The notes under the pieces are model-generated. The model was not told where the DNA came from and ran no database searches. It saw only the letters and a program-made list of their open reading frames with translations. A DNA stretch of 63,767 nucleotides, the filler included. It is 6 parts of 6 records of this genome, joined end to end, with 100 filler letters (N's around TTAATTAATTAA, not from the genome) between each part and the next. Parts side by side here need not be neighbours in the genome. Positions count along the whole stretch, not along the records: positions 1 to 22,190 come from SRR31156797_18488; 5 more parts are not named here. The stretch is one strand, 5' to 3'. The translations under genes were made by a program, and so were the position numbers. Every line of letters begins with the position of its first letter. Within the stretch, counting starts at the first letter, position 1. This document shows, piece after piece, positions 9,150 through 20,222 of this stretch.

Positions 9150-11582
9150 ATGGACAGAAGAATGAATAGGGCCGGTGTCATTGGTGCAGGGGTAATGGGG
9201 GCCACCATCGCCGCCCAGTTAGCCAATGTGGGCATCGAAACCGTTTTGCTCGACATTGTTCCCCCGGAACTCACGGACGACGACAAGAAAAAGGGGCTAA
9301 CCCCCGAAAGTAAGGGCTTCAGGAACAAATTCGGCAATAACGGACTGAACATTGCGTTAAAATCCAAACCCGCCTCCTTTTATATTCCGAAAAACGCCAA
9401 ACTGATCACCATCGGCAACATGGAAGACGATCTCGCCCTGTTAAAGGACGTGGACTGGATCATTGAAGTGGTGGTTGAACGGCTGGACATCAAGCAAAAG
9501 GTTTTTGAGAAGATTGAATCCGTCTTAACACCCGGCACCATTATTACATCCAACACCTCCGGAATACCGGCCAAAGAGATGTGCGAAGGCCGTGTCGAAG
9601 ACTTCAAAAAGCATTTTGCCATCACACATTTTTTTAATCCCCCGCGCTACATGAAACTTCTGGAAATCGTACCGGGTCCGGATACCCTTCCCCATGTGGT
9701 GGAAATGCTGGCGGAGGTCTGCGAAAAAAAATTGGGCAAGGGTATTGTTTATGCCAAGGATACTCCCAATTTCGTGGCCAACCGGGTGGGCACCTTCAGT
9801 ATGTTCGCGGTCATGAATGCCATGATGGAGCTGGGGCTCAGTGTGGAGGCTGTGGACAAGCTGACGGGTCCCATCGTGGGAAACCCCAAGAGTGCTTCTT
9901 TCAGAACCGCCGACCTGGTGGGCCTGGATACCCTGCTTCATGTGGCCGACAATGTGTATGATGGATCTCCCCATGATGAAAAACGGGAAGTGTTTCAGCC
10001 CCCCGAATTCATCAAAAAGATGCTCGAAAAGGGCTTGTTGGGTGAAAAGACCAGGGCTGGATTCTACAAAAAAAGCAAGGATGCGGACGGTAAACGGGTG
10101 ATCCTCTCCCTGGATTACAATACCTTGGAGCACACCCCCCAGGAAAAAGTAAAAATGGCGTCGCTGGAGGCGGCCAAGAACGCTTCCGGGGTCGGCAATA
10201 AAATAAAAGCCCTCTATTACGCCAAGGATCAGGCGGGTCAATTTACCTTCAAAACGCTCAGTGAAACCCTCATCTACGCCGCCAACCGCATTCCTGAAAT
10301 TGCCGATGACATCATAAATGTGGACAATGCCATGAAATGGGGTTTTGCCCGCAAGCTGGGTCCCTTTGAAGCATGGGACGTCATCGGTCTGGGTAAATCC
10401 GTGGCCAAAATGAAAGAGGCCGGTTATGGGATCCCCCCATGGGTTTTGGAGATGCTGGAGAGCGGCAAAGAAACCTTCTACAAGAAGGAAGCCGGCAATC
10501 TCTACTTCTATGATATTACGTCAAAGGATTACCGGGAAGTCCCGGTGAAACCCGGTATTATTCTCCTCCCCTCGCTGAAAGAGCAGAACAGAATCGTTGA
10601 GGAAAATACGGGGGCATCTCTCATCGATCTGGGCGACGGTGTGGCCTGCCTGGAATTCCACACCAAAATGAATGCCATGGGCGACGACATTGTCAGCATG
10701 GTCATGAAATCGGTCGATATTGTGAGCAACGACTTTGAGGGCTTAGTCATTGCCAATCACGGCACCAATTTTTCCGCCGGCGCCAATCTGCCGCTGATCC
10801 TGTTTACGGCCCAGGAAGAAGAATGGGACGATCTGGATTGGATGATCAAGGTCTTTCAAGATTCCTTCATGAAATTGAAATACATGGATAAACCGGTGGT
10901 GGCAGCCCCTGCGGGCCTGGCCCTGGGGGGTGGATGTGAAATTTGTCTGGCCTCCGACCGGGTACGCTTTGCCGCGGAAACCTACATGGGCCTCGTGGAA
11001 GCGGGCGTAGGGCTGGTTCCGGCAGGCGGGGGGACCAAGGAGCTGTTCTTGAGAAATACGGATCATCTCTTTGAAGTGCAAAGGGGCGGCCTGTACCCCA
11101 AGCAGATTGAAATGATGCCCTTTATCGCCAGGGCTTTTGAAACCATCGCCATGGCCAAAGTGGCCACCTCCGGACCGGAGGCCGTACAATTGGGCCTTCT
11201 TAAGGATACGGACAAAATGACGGTGAATCGCGATTACCAGATCCAGGACGCCAAAAACACGGTGAAAGCCATGAGCCTGGAGGGTTATACGCCTTCACGA
11301 CCGAGGGATGATCTGCGGGTGCCCGGAGAAAACACCTATGCCATGATCAAACTGGGCCTTTGGACCATGCATGAACAGAATTATATCACGGACCACGATG
11401 TCACCGTATCCAAAAAGATCGGATACATCCTTTGCGGCGGCGCCGTCCAGGAAAATACGGTGGTCACGGAGCAGTACCTGCTTGATTTGGAACGGGAGGC
11501 CTTTCTGAGCCTTTTGGGCGATCCCAAAACCCAGGCCCGGATACAGCATATGCTGACCACCGGGAAACCGCTCAGGAACTAA
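9150..11582 (+). CDS. fadN: 3-hydroxyacyl-CoA dehydrogenase / enoyl-CoA hydratase fusion (FadN-like)
   Basis: GAGVMG Rossmann motif, SNTSG, HFFNPPRYM, KDTPNFVANR; C-terminal crotonase domain (ALGGGCE, MGLVEAGVG); ends GKPLRN; RBS AAGGAGG. Confidence 0.93.
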   Translation: MDRRMNRAGVIGAGVMGATIAAQLANVGIETVLLDIVPPELTDDDKKKGLTPESKGFRNKFGNNGLNIALKSKPASFYIPKNAKLITIGNMEDDLALLKDVDWIIEVVVERLDIKQKVFEKIESVLTPGTIITSNTSGIPAKEMCEGRVEDFKKHFAITHFFNPPRYMKLLEIVPGPDTLPHVVEMLAEVCEKKLGKGIVYAKDTPNFVANRVGTFSMFAVMNAMMELGLSVEAVDKLTGPIVGNPKSASFRTADLVGLDTLLHVADNVYDGSPHDEKREVFQPPEFIKKMLEKGLLGEKTRAGFYKKSKDADGKRVILSLDYNTLEHTPQEKVKMASLEAAKNASGVGNKIKALYYAKDQAGQFTFKTLSETLIYAANRIPEIADDIINVDNAMKWGFARKLGPFEAWDVIGLGKSVAKMKEAGYGIPPWVLEMLESGKETFYKKEAGNLYFYDITSKDYREVPVKPGIILLPSLKEQNRIVEENTGASLIDLGDGVACLEFHTKMNAMGDDIVSMVMKSVDIVSNDFEGLVIANHGTNFSAGANLPLILFTAQEEEWDDLDWMIKVFQDSFMKLKYMDKPVVAAPAGLALGGGCEICLASDRVRFAAETYMGLVEAGVGLVPAGGGTKELFLRNTDHLFEVQRGGLYPKQIEMMPFIARAFETIAMAKVATSGPEAVQLGLLKDTDKMTVNRDYQIQDAKNTVKAMSLEGYTPSRPRDDLRVPGENTYAMIKLGLWTMHEQNYITDHDVTVSKKIGYILCGGAVQENTVVTEQYLLDLEREAFLSLLGDPKTQARIQHMLTTGKPLRN

Positions 11583-11657
11583 ATGCTGCTGATGAAACTT
11601 TAATCCGATAAGCGATATTAAACAGCTGATAACTGATCAATGACAGGGGAGGAAAAT

Positions 11658-12845
11658 ATGATGAAAGAAGCCGTAGTGGTTGCCGCCTGCAGGACGGCAG
11701 CGGGAAAGGCCCCTCGAGGAATATTGAAGCATACGCGTCCCGAAGCCATGGGGTGCGCCGTACTGGAAGATTTGATGAAACGGGCCGATGACCTGGACCC
11801 GATGGTGATTGACGACGTGGTGATCGGATGTACATTCCCTGAAGCCGTACAGGGATTGAACCTGGGCCGTGTCCTGGTCATGAGCATGGGCTGGCCGGAC
11901 CGTATTCCCGGCATGACCGTCAACCGCTTCTGTTCTTCCGGGCTTCAGGCCATCGCCATTGCCGCCGAAAAAATCATGTGTGGTTTTGCCGATGTGGTGG
12001 TTGCCGGCGGTGTTGAGAGCATGAGCCAGATCCCCATGGGGGGGAGCATGATGTATCCCAACCCGGCCCTGGTGGACATGCGGCCGGGAGCGTTTACCGG
12101 CATGGGGCTCACCGCTGAAAATGTGGCGGAACGGTTCAATATCGGTCGGGATGAACAGGACGCGTTTGGCGCCAAAAGCCAGCAAAAGGCTGAAATGGCC
12201 GTTAAGGAAGGGCGTTTCAAAAGCCAGATCGTCCCCATGAAAATCAAGAACCAGAAACAATTGCCCAACGGCAGGTTTGAATTTGAAGAGACGGTCTTTG
12301 ACCGGGACGAAGGGGTCCGTTTCGGAACAACAAAGGAGGGTATCAGCAGAATTCCGGCAGCCTTCAAACCGGGTGGAAGTGTTACCGCCGGCAATTCTTC
12401 CCAGACCAGTGATGCGGCGGCCGCGGTGTTGCTCATGAGCAAGGAAAAGGCAAAGGAACTGGGCCTTAAACCCATGGCCACCTTCCGGTATCATGCGGTG
12501 GAAGGATGTGAACCCGAAGTCATGGGTGTGGGCCCCGCGGTTGCCATTCCGAGGGTACTCAAGCTGGCCGGCATGGATTTGGACCGGATTGACCTGATCG
12601 AATTGAACGAAGCTTTTGCGGCCCAGGCCATCTACTGTATCAATGAATTGGGCATCAACCAAGATATCACCAATGTCAACGGCGGCGCCATTGCCCTGGG
12701 ACACCCTCTGGGATGTACGGGAGCCAAACTGACCACCCAGTTGATCTATGAAATGCAGGAGAGAAAAGCCCGATGGGGCCTGGTGTCCATGTGTATCGGT
12801 TTCGGAATGGGAGCCGCGGGCATCTTTGAGATTGAAGATTACTAA
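11658..12845 (+). CDS. fadA: Acetyl-CoA C-acyltransferase (3-ketoacyl-CoA thiolase)
   Basis: [34 protein letters not shown]. Confidence 0.95.
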   Translation: MMKEAVVVAACRTAAGKAPRGILKHTRPEAMGCAVLEDLMKRADDLDPMVIDDVVIGCTFPEAVQGLNLGRVLVMSMGWPDRIPGMTVNRFCSSGLQAIAIAAEKIMCGFADVVVAGGVESMSQIPMGGSMMYPNPALVDMRPGAFTGMGLTAENVAERFNIGRDEQDAFGAKSQQKAEMAVKEGRFKSQIVPMKIKNQKQLPNGRFEFEETVFDRDEGVRFGTTKEGISRIPAAFKPGGSVTAGNSSQTSDAAAAVLLMSKEKAKELGLKPMATFRYHAVEGCEPEVMGVGPAVAIPRVLKLAGMDLDRIDLIELNEAFAAQAIYCINELGINQDITNVNGGAIALGHPLGCTGAKLTTQLIYEMQERKARWGLVSMCIGFGMGAAGIFEIEDY

Positions 12846-12889
12846 AATCCACATTTGACAATCACAAAAATGGTGAAAGGAGCAAAATA

Positions 12890-14674
12890 ATGGCCGAAGA
12901 AAAGATTTTTGTCGGCGGAGAATTCCTGATTACGGATGCAACCCCCGAAGAAGTATTTACGCCTGAGGATTTCAGTGATGAACATCGCATGATCATGGAT
13001 ATGGCGAAGGATTTTGTGGAAAAAGAGATCAGACCCATCGATGATCAACTGGAAGAAAAGAATCACGAGCTTACCCTTTCTCTTCTGGCAAAAGCAGGCG
13101 AACTGGGTCTTTTGGGAACGGATGTCCCGGAGGAATACGGCGGCATGGGGCTGGATAAGGTGAGTACCACGGTGGTCACCGAGGCCTTGGGAACGGCCGG
13201 TTCCTTTGCCGTGGTCTACGGCGCTCACTCGGGCATCGGCAGCTTGCCCATCGTCTATTTCGGAAATGAGGAACAGAAACAGAAATACCTGCCCAAACTG
13301 GCATCCGGCGAGTGGTGCGGAGCCTACTGCCTCACGGAACCCGGGGCGGGATCGGACGCCCTGAACGCCAAAACCAAGGCTGTCCTCTCAGAAGATGGAA
13401 AAAACTATCATATCAACGGCGAAAAGATGTTTATCACCAACGCCGGATGGGCCAGCAGCTTTATTGTCTATGCCAAAGTGGATGGAGAGCAGTTCACCGG
13501 TTTTATCGTGGAAAAGGATTTTAAGGGTGTCTCAACAGGCAAGGAAGAAAAAAAGATGGGGGCCCATGGCTCCTCAACGCGCCCTGTGATCCTGGAGGAT
13601 GCGGAAGTTCCGGCGGAAAACGTCCTTTTTGAAATCGGAAAAGGCCACAAAATCGCTTTTAACATTTTAAACATCGGGCGCTGGAAATTGGGTGCTGCCT
13701 CGGTGGGCGGCTGCAAGGGCTGCGTTACGGAATCGGTCAAGTATGCCAACGGCCGCATTCAGTTCAAGGTCCCCATCAGTAGTTTCGGTCTCATCAAAAC
13801 CAAACTGACCGACATGGCGGTCAAGGGCTATATGAGTGAAAGCGTCATGTACCGCCTGGCCGGCATGTTTGACGATAAACTGGGTACTCTCTCTGCCGAA
13901 GCCAAGAAAAGCGGCGCGGAAAACGCCAAAGCCATCGAAGAATACGCGGCGGAATGCTCCATCGCCAAGGTTTACGGTTCCGAGACCCTTGATTTCTGCG
14001 TGGATGAATATGTCCAGATCCTGGGCGGATACGGCTTTTGTGCTGAATATCCCGCGGAACGGTATTACCGGGATTCCAGAATCAACCGCATCTGGGAAGG
14101 GACCAATGAAATCAATCGCATGCTGATCCCCGGAACCTTGATGCAGCGGGCCATGAAAGGGAGACTGAACCTGTTGCAGGCGGCCCAGGGTATTGCAGGG
14201 GAACTCATGACTTATTCGCCCCTTTCCGTACAATTACCCGATACCCCCCTTGCACTTCAGGAACACATGATTAAAATGGCCAAAAAGATCGCGCTGATGG
14301 TGGCCGGCGGCGCCGCCATGAAATTCCAGCAGAACCTGGCCAAAGAGCAGGAAGTGCTCGGAAAGGTGGCCGATATCATCATCGAGATATTCGCCATGGA
14401 AAGCGGTCTTTTAAGGACCCTTAAGATCATTGACAAAGAGGGAGAAGAAAAGGCAAAATATCAAATTGACGCCGTCAAAGTGTATGTAGACGAGGCGATT
14501 CCTAAAATTGAAAGCTGGGCCAAACAGGTAATTGCCTATGTGGAAGAGGGCGACATGCTCAGGACACAGCTGGCAGGCATCAAGAAGCTGGCCCGTTACC
14601 AACCCATCGACGCCGTGAGTTTGAAAAGGGAGATTGCAGATCGGATCATCGACCTGGAGGCCTATCCCTTCTAA
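12890..14674 (+). CDS. fadE: Acyl-CoA dehydrogenase (FadE/YusJ-like, 594 aa)
   Basis: [35 protein letters not shown], long C-terminal extension. Confidence 0.93.
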   Translation: MAEEKIFVGGEFLITDATPEEVFTPEDFSDEHRMIMDMAKDFVEKEIRPIDDQLEEKNHELTLSLLAKAGELGLLGTDVPEEYGGMGLDKVSTTVVTEALGTAGSFAVVYGAHSGIGSLPIVYFGNEEQKQKYLPKLASGEWCGAYCLTEPGAGSDALNAKTKAVLSEDGKNYHINGEKMFITNAGWASSFIVYAKVDGEQFTGFIVEKDFKGVSTGKEEKKMGAHGSSTRPVILEDAEVPAENVLFEIGKGHKIAFNILNIGRWKLGAASVGGCKGCVTESVKYANGRIQFKVPISSFGLIKTKLTDMAVKGYMSESVMYRLAGMFDDKLGTLSAEAKKSGAENAKAIEEYAAECSIAKVYGSETLDFCVDEYVQILGGYGFCAEYPAERYYRDSRINRIWEGTNEINRMLIPGTLMQRAMKGRLNLLQAAQGIAGELMTYSPLSVQLPDTPLALQEHMIKMAKKIALMVAGGAAMKFQQNLAKEQEVLGKVADIIIEIFAMESGLLRTLKIIDKEGEEKAKYQIDAVKVYVDEAIPKIESWAKQVIAYVEEGDMLRTQLAGIKKLARYQPIDAVSLKREIADRIIDLEAYPF

Positions 14675-14700
14675 ATTTTCAAACCGGAACGTGACACGGA

Positions 14701-14738
14701 AAAGGGGGTCTGCGGGAGCAGATCCTCTTTTTTATTTT
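14701..14738 (+). terminator. Rho-independent terminator of the fad operon
   Basis: AAAGGGGGTCTGC-GGGA-GCAGATCCTCTTT hairpin followed by a T run. Confidence 0.75.
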
Positions 14739-14756
14739 CGAACAACGAGGTTTCTC

Positions 14757-16847
14757 GTGAAAAATGAGATTAGCAATTTAAGAAACATCGGTATCAGCGC
14801 CCACATTGATTCAGGTAAAACCACCCTGACCGAAAGAATCCTCTTTTACACCAATCGAATCTTTGCCATACACGAAGTCAAAGGGAAAGACGGTGTTGGC
14901 GCCACCATGGACTCCATGGAACTGGAGAGGGAGAGGGGTATCACCATAGCGTCCGCCGCCACCCATTGCGAATGGCAGGGGCACAAAATCAACATCATCG
15001 ATACCCCCGGGCATGTGGATTTCACCATTGAGGTGGAGCGGGCCTTAAGGGTCATGGACGGTGCCATCCTGATCCTCTGCTCCGTGGGTGGGGTTCAGTC
15101 CCAATCCATCACCGTGGACCGGCAGATGAAACGATACGAAGTGCCTCGAATCGCTTTTATCAACAAGTGCGACCGGTCCGGCGCGGACCCATACAAGGTG
15201 GTGGACCAGCTTCGTCAGAAACTGAGCCAGAATGCCGTTTTGATGCAGATCCCCATCGGTCTGGAATCGAATTTCGTAGGCGTGGTGGATCTCGCTTCCA
15301 TGAAAGCCCTCTATTTTGAAGGCCCGAACGGGGAAAACATCAGGGAAGACCATATTCCGGATCATCTCATGGACGAAGCGGTGGCCCGAAGGGAAGAGTT
15401 GCTGGATGCGGCCTCCATGTTTTCGGACGATCTGATGGAGGCGATTTTTGAAGAAGCGGTCACCGAAGAACTGATTTTTGACGCCGTGCGGAAGGGAACC
15501 ATCTCGCGACTGCTGACCCCGGTGTTCCTGGGAAGCGCTTATAAGAATATCGGCGTTCAATTGGTACTGGACGGTATCAATCGGTATCTTCCCGATCCAG
15601 CGGAAACCAGCAATACGGCCCTTGATCTCGACCGGGACGAAGAAGAGGTGATACTTGAAGCCGACCCGGAAAAGCCCATGGTGGCCATTGCCTTTAAGCT
15701 GGAGGTGACGCCTTACGGTCAGTTGACGTACCTCAGGGTCTATCAGGGCGCCATCAAAAAAGGGGACGACCTGGTCATTACCCGAACCGGCAGGAAGATT
15801 AAAGTGGGACGTCTGGTCAGGATGCATGCGGACCAGATGGAGGATCTCACTTTCGCCCGGGCCGGCGATATCGTGGCCCTGTTCGGGGTTGACTGCTCAA
15901 GTGGAGACACCTTTACCGACGGAAAATTAAACGTCAGCATGAGCTCCATGTTTGTGCCGGAGCCGGTCATATCACTCACCATTACCCCTGAAGACAACAA
16001 GAGCCAGAATAACATGAGCAAGGCCCTGGGTCGCTTCACCCGGGAAGACCCCACCTTTCGGTCCCATGTGGATCCTGAATCGGGTGAAACCATTATCTCC
16101 GGCATGGGGGAACTTCACCTGGAGGTCTATGTGGAGAGGATGAAGCGGGAATTCAAGGCCGGCGTAGAGACCGGCGTTCCCCAGGTGGCCTATCGGGAAG
16201 CCATTACATGCCGGGCGCCCTTTGATTATATCCACAAGAAACAGACGGGTGGATCCGGACAGTTCGGAAGGGTGGCGGGATTCATGGAACCTTCCGAAGC
16301 GGGTGAATACGAATTTATCAACGCCGTCAAAGGCGGCGCGATCCCCACCGAATATATTCCCGCCGTGGACAAGGGGTTACAATCCTGCCTGATTAAAGGG
16401 AAGCTCATCGGTTTTCCGGTGCTGGGAATGAAAATAACCGTCAACGACGGCAAGAGCCACAGCGTGGATTCCTCCGAAATGGCCTTTACCCAGGCCGCCA
16501 AGGGCGCTTTCAGGCAGGCTTACATGAAAGCAAAGCCAGTGGTGCTGGAGCCCATCATGAAGGTATCCGTGGAAGGCCCGTCCGAGTTCCAGGGAAATGT
16601 CATGGGTTCCATCAACCAGCGGCGGGGGATGATTATCAGCAACACGGAAGACGGCGCCGACTCCACCATAGAAGCGGAAGTCCCCCTGGCTGAAATGTTC
16701 GGCTACGCCACGGCCCTTCGCTCCCTGACCCAGGGAAAAGCCGAGTTCACCATGGAATTTTCCAAATACGCCAAACTTCCCGAATCCCTTTCAGAAGAGC
16801 TCATCATAAATGCAAAGAAAAATTTAAAAGGAGGTGGGAAATCGTGA
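14757..16847 (+). CDS. fusA: Elongation factor G, spdEFG1/mtEFG1-like subtype
   Basis: [66 protein letters not shown] start after GAGG. Confidence 0.95.
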   Translation: MKNEISNLRNIGISAHIDSGKTTLTERILFYTNRIFAIHEVKGKDGVGATMDSMELERERGITIASAATHCEWQGHKINIIDTPGHVDFTIEVERALRVMDGAILILCSVGGVQSQSITVDRQMKRYEVPRIAFINKCDRSGADPYKVVDQLRQKLSQNAVLMQIPIGLESNFVGVVDLASMKALYFEGPNGENIREDHIPDHLMDEAVARREELLDAASMFSDDLMEAIFEEAVTEELIFDAVRKGTISRLLTPVFLGSAYKNIGVQLVLDGINRYLPDPAETSNTALDLDRDEEEVILEADPEKPMVAIAFKLEVTPYGQLTYLRVYQGAIKKGDDLVITRTGRKIKVGRLVRMHADQMEDLTFARAGDIVALFGVDCSSGDTFTDGKLNVSMSSMFVPEPVISLTITPEDNKSQNNMSKALGRFTREDPTFRSHVDPESGETIISGMGELHLEVYVERMKREFKAGVETGVPQVAYREAITCRAPFDYIHKKQTGGSGQFGRVAGFMEPSEAGEYEFINAVKGGAIPTEYIPAVDKGLQSCLIKGKLIGFPVLGMKITVNDGKSHSVDSSEMAFTQAAKGAFRQAYMKAKPVVLEPIMKVSVEGPSEFQGNVMGSINQRRGMIISNTEDGADSTIEAEVPLAEMFGYATALRSLTQGKAEFTMEFSKYAKLPESLSEELIINAKKNLKGGGKS

Positions 16848-17539
16848 AAGATTTCATTTCAGTCAGCCCGCTAAAAATACTTGAGCAATCGTCACGCCGG
16901 GGTCTGGGCCCCGGCAACCTGGGGGTTTTGATTGCGCGAGCAGGCGTCGGCAAAACCGCCTGCCTGATTCATATCGCGCTGGATAGAATCTTTCGGGGAG
17001 AAAAACTGATCCACGTTTCTCTTGAAGAGGGTCCGGAAAAGGTAAGCGCCTACTATAATGTCATCTATAATGACCTGTTAAAAGCCTTGAACCGCTCCGA
17101 TGATGACGAGTATCGCATGCGCATTGATCGCAACCGCATGATATTGGCGTACCTGAATCAGAGTTTTGACCTGGACCGGCTCGAAGCCAACCTGAAGAAT
17201 CTGGCCGAACGGCTCGATTTCAGGCCCAACACCCTCATTATCGACGGCCTTGATTTTGAAAAAGCGGGAAGAGATACCCTGGAGGGCTTTAGAAAAACGG
17301 GCCGGGCTTTCGGGGCTGAGATATGGTTTTCGGCCCTGAGCCACCGCCACATCACCGAAACCAATGAACGGGGAATTCCGCATCCTTGTGCCGCCATTGA
17401 TGATCTGTTGAGCATCATTATCCAGCTGGTCCCCGAGTCATCGGGCGTTTTTCTGCGGCTGCTCAAAGACCATGACAAAGCAGGAAATCCCGACATCAAC
17501 GTCAAACTGGATCCCAACACCTTTCTGGCGTTGGATTAG
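16844..17539 (+). CDS. Uncharacterised RecA/DnaB/KaiC-fold P-loop ATPase
   Basis: [19 protein letters not shown] (Walker A), HVSLEE, LIIDG (Walker B); GTGA overlap with the fusA stop. Confidence 0.8.
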   Translation: MKDFISVSPLKILEQSSRRGLGPGNLGVLIARAGVGKTACLIHIALDRIFRGEKLIHVSLEEGPEKVSAYYNVIYNDLLKALNRSDDDEYRMRIDRNRMILAYLNQSFDLDRLEANLKNLAERLDFRPNTLIIDGLDFEKAGRDTLEGFRKTGRAFGAEIWFSALSHRHITETNERGIPHPCAAIDDLLSIIIQLVPESSGVFLRLLKDHDKAGNPDINVKLDPNTFLALD

Positions 17540-17548
17540 AAAACAAAT

Positions 17549-17574
17549 GTGGGGACAGACCCCTGTGTCTGCCC
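17549..17574 (+). repeat. REP-like palindrome
   Basis: GTGG tetranucleotide followed by the imperfect hairpin GGACAGAC-CCCTGT-GTCTGCCC; intergenic. Confidence 0.45.
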
Positions 17575-17602
17575 AATAACAGGCCTGTGCCTGCCGGATA
17601 AA

Positions 17603-17749
17603 ATGAAAGTCAATTGCCAGGAACATCGAAAAAGCATGGCGCTGCTGGGTTTGAAGCTGCGCTTAAAGGAAGCGTCGGTCAACGCCAAAGAGCGCGAGGA
17701 GATCGAAAAACAGATTGCCATCCTTGAAAAGGAACTGGACCTGGATTGA
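17603..17749 (+). CDS. Small hypothetical helical protein (48 aa, MKVNCQEHRK...)
   Basis: ATG 17603; charged coiled-coil-like sequence; fills the gap before the convergent dtd. Confidence 0.6.
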   Translation: MKVNCQEHRKSMALLGLKLRLKEASVNAKEREEIEKQIAILEKELDLD

Positions 17750-17755
17750 AGCTCA

Positions 17756-18205
17756 CTAAAAAAACCTGGCGCTGTCCAGCATCAGGGTTACGGGACCGTC
17801 GTTGATCAGATGAACGTCCATCATTTCCTGAAACCTTCCCGTGGCAACTCTCAGTCCCGTTCCCTTGAGCAATTCCACAAAATGTTCGTAAAGTTCCCTG
17901 GCGGTTTCCGGGGGCGCGGCACCAACAAATGAAGGTCTCCGCCCTTTTCGGCAATCTCCCCAGAGGGTAAACTGCGATACCACCAGGGCAGCACCCTTTG
18001 TATCCAGAAGCGAAAGGTTCATGAAACCCTTTTCATCGGAAAAAATTCTCAAATGGGCAATCTTGTTGGCCAGGTATTCACAATCCCTCTTAGTATCGTC
18101 CCGCCCCACACCCAGCAGGATCAGTAATCCCGGGCCAATCCGCCCCACCACCCGTTTCTTGACTTCTACCCTGGACTCCTTTACCCTCTGCACCACTGCT
18201 CTCAT
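17756..18205 (-). CDS. dtd: D-aminoacyl-tRNA deacylase
   Basis: [26 protein letters not shown]. Confidence 0.96.
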   Translation of the reverse strand: MRAVVQRVKESRVEVKKRVVGRIGPGLLILLGVGRDDTKRDCEYLANKIAHLRIFSDEKGFMNLSLLDTKGAALVVSQFTLWGDCRKGRRPSFVGAAPPETARELYEHFVELLKGTGLRVATGRFQEMMDVHLINDGPVTLMLDSARFF

Positions 18206-18256
18206 GGGTTCTATTCTCCTTGGTTAACAAATTTTTAATGGGCTCACGATCCTTTT

Positions 18257-19621
18257 ATGAAACCATCACTGATTCTCATCAACCCCTGGATTTATGATTT
18301 TGCGGCCTACGATCTCTGGAGCAAGCCTTTGGGGCTTCTTTCTCTGGCAACGGATCTCAGGCGAAGGGGGTTTGAGGTCCATCTCATGGACTGCATGGAC
18401 GTGGATCACCCCGCCATGATGGAACGCTCATCGCTAAAGCTACCCAAGAGGCGGCAATACGGCACCGGAAAATTCTGGCGTCAAATCGTCCCGAAACCGA
18501 TTCCCCTCAAAGAAACCGATCGACCTTACAGCCGCTACGGGCTCTTGCCGGAAATATTTGAAGAGGGCCTGAGGCGGGTGAAAAACCCTTCGGCCGTCCT
18601 GGTGACGTCTCTTATGACATACTGGTATCCCGGGGTTTTTGAGGCGATCCGGCGGGTTCGAAAAATACACCCGGAGGTGCCGGTCATTTTAGGCGGTGTA
18701 TATGCCAGGTTGTGCCGGGACCACGCCATCCAATTTTCGGGAGCGGATCGGGTGGTGTCAAAGCAGGGCATTCCCGCCATATATGAAACGTTTCAGGATT
18801 ACGGAATTTCCATTCCCAATGGAACACCCGATGCCGGCATGCCCGGATATCCCGCTTTTGACCTGTTAAGCAAAATTCACTACATCTGCCTCATGACCTC
18901 CACCGGCTGTCCCAATCGCTGCCATTACTGCGCGAGCCATTTCCTCTTCCCTAGGTTTGTTCAGAAAGACCCGGGTGAAGTTCTGGAGGAAATCCTCCAC
19001 TGGCACGGAACTTGGGGTATTCGGGATTTTGCTTTTTACGACGACGCTTTGCTGGTGTCATGGGATAATCACCTGGGGGTGCTCCTTGACCATATTGCCC
19101 GCCTCAATCTTCCCATCAGATTTCATACCCCCAATGCCATTCATGTGAGGGAAATCACGAAATCCGTGGCCGGGCTTCTCCATCAAACCGGGTTTCAAAC
19201 CATTCGACTGGGTCTGGAGGTTTCCGACGGCAGCAAACGCTGGAACCTGGACCATAAACTCTCAAAAGGTGATTTTGCAAATGCCATGGAACATCTGCTA
19301 AATGCCGGATTCGACCCCAGGCAGATCGGCGCTTACATCATGATGGGACTGCCGGGGCAATCCCCGGATGTGGTCGCTGAAACCATTCATCATGCGGATC
19401 GTTGCGGCAGCATCCCCTACCTTGCGGAATACTCCCCCATTCCCCACACCCGGCTCTGGGAAAAGGCCGTGGCCCACTCGACCCATGATCTTTCATCGGA
19501 ACCCCTGTTTCATAATAATTCGCTTCTGCCCTGCTGGGACAATGCTCAGAAAAGCCAGGTTCCCCGCCTGAAACGGCTGGTTTCCCGGGTTCGGGAAAAG
19601 TACCGCAAAAAAAATATATAA
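18257..19621 (+). CDS. B12-binding-domain radical SAM protein of unknown function
   Basis: INPWIYDFAAYDLWSKPLGLL, TSLMTYWYPG, ILGGVYA; GCPNRCHYC; FYDDA, HTPNA. Confidence 0.85.
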   Translation: MKPSLILINPWIYDFAAYDLWSKPLGLLSLATDLRRRGFEVHLMDCMDVDHPAMMERSSLKLPKRRQYGTGKFWRQIVPKPIPLKETDRPYSRYGLLPEIFEEGLRRVKNPSAVLVTSLMTYWYPGVFEAIRRVRKIHPEVPVILGGVYARLCRDHAIQFSGADRVVSKQGIPAIYETFQDYGISIPNGTPDAGMPGYPAFDLLSKIHYICLMTSTGCPNRCHYCASHFLFPRFVQKDPGEVLEEILHWHGTWGIRDFAFYDDALLVSWDNHLGVLLDHIARLNLPIRFHTPNAIHVREITKSVAGLLHQTGFQTIRLGLEVSDGSKRWNLDHKLSKGDFANAMEHLLNAGFDPRQIGAYIMMGLPGQSPDVVAETIHHADRCGSIPYLAEYSPIPHTRLWEKAVAHSTHDLSSEPLFHNNSLLPCWDNAQKSQVPRLKRLVSRVREKYRKKNI

Positions 19622-19662
19622 AAAATATATTTGAAGTTTTCCTGAACCGTGAACGGTGATGT

Positions 19663-20019
19663 TTAAAGAAGCCCCTTCTCCTTCAGGGCCGACATGGAAC
19701 GATGCCCGATACTCGTGACCCGGCTCAAGGCCTGGGTGAGATGAACCACTGATTCAGGGGCCACACCGGAATCGATCATGACAACGGCTCTGCCGATGCT
19801 TTTTTCAATCTCATCCCAAGATTCATCTCCCGAAAGGTTTCTTGCCAACTGAATTTCCTGGCGCATCATCTCGATATTCATCCTGATCACTTTCTGTGCC
19901 CCTTCATTTTCGGGAAAAGGGAGCCCGGCAAGCAGTTCGAGGGATTGAGACGCGCAGATAAGGCTGGTTTTCACCTTTTCACTCTGGGAAAAGGCCATAA
20001 TTGCCTGACTTGTTTCCAT
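19663..20019 (-). CDS. Hypothetical helical protein (118 aa)
   Basis: Clean ORF with RBS AAGGAG; no recognisable motif. Confidence 0.7.
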   Translation of the reverse strand: METSQAIMAFSQSEKVKTSLICASQSLELLAGLPFPENEGAQKVIRMNIEMMRQEIQLARNLSGDESWDEIEKSIGRAVVMIDSGVAPESVVHLTQALSRVTSIGHRSMSALKEKGLL

Positions 20020-20222
20020 TAAAGAATTTCTCCTTATATATACAGAGGAGTGTTGCCGAAATATATATGTTTTTGGAAAATACCGATGCTCTTCTTTGTA
20101 CAGGATAGGGGGAAATTTGTCACACCTTTCTTCGCATGCGCTGAAAAGTCCATAAATTTATTGACATGCTCATAAACCTGTGATAATGGCTATGATTTTT
20201 TCATTATTTATGGGGTTCTGTT

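Noticed and set aside
11637-12854. 405-aa antisense ORF over the thiolase (likewise 4725-5627, 5775-6494, 6909-7646, 9525-10241, 15045-15827, 23592-24311, 28716-29573)
   Set aside because: Shadow ORFs opposite well-supported genes in GC-rich sequence; they have no motifs or RBS.
14634-14756. N-terminal extension of EF-G in the ORF track (similar extensions at 6663, 55502, 23550 and 25213)
   Set aside because: The extensions run through terminators, operators or upstream genes; downstream starts with RBS or stop-start overlaps fit better.
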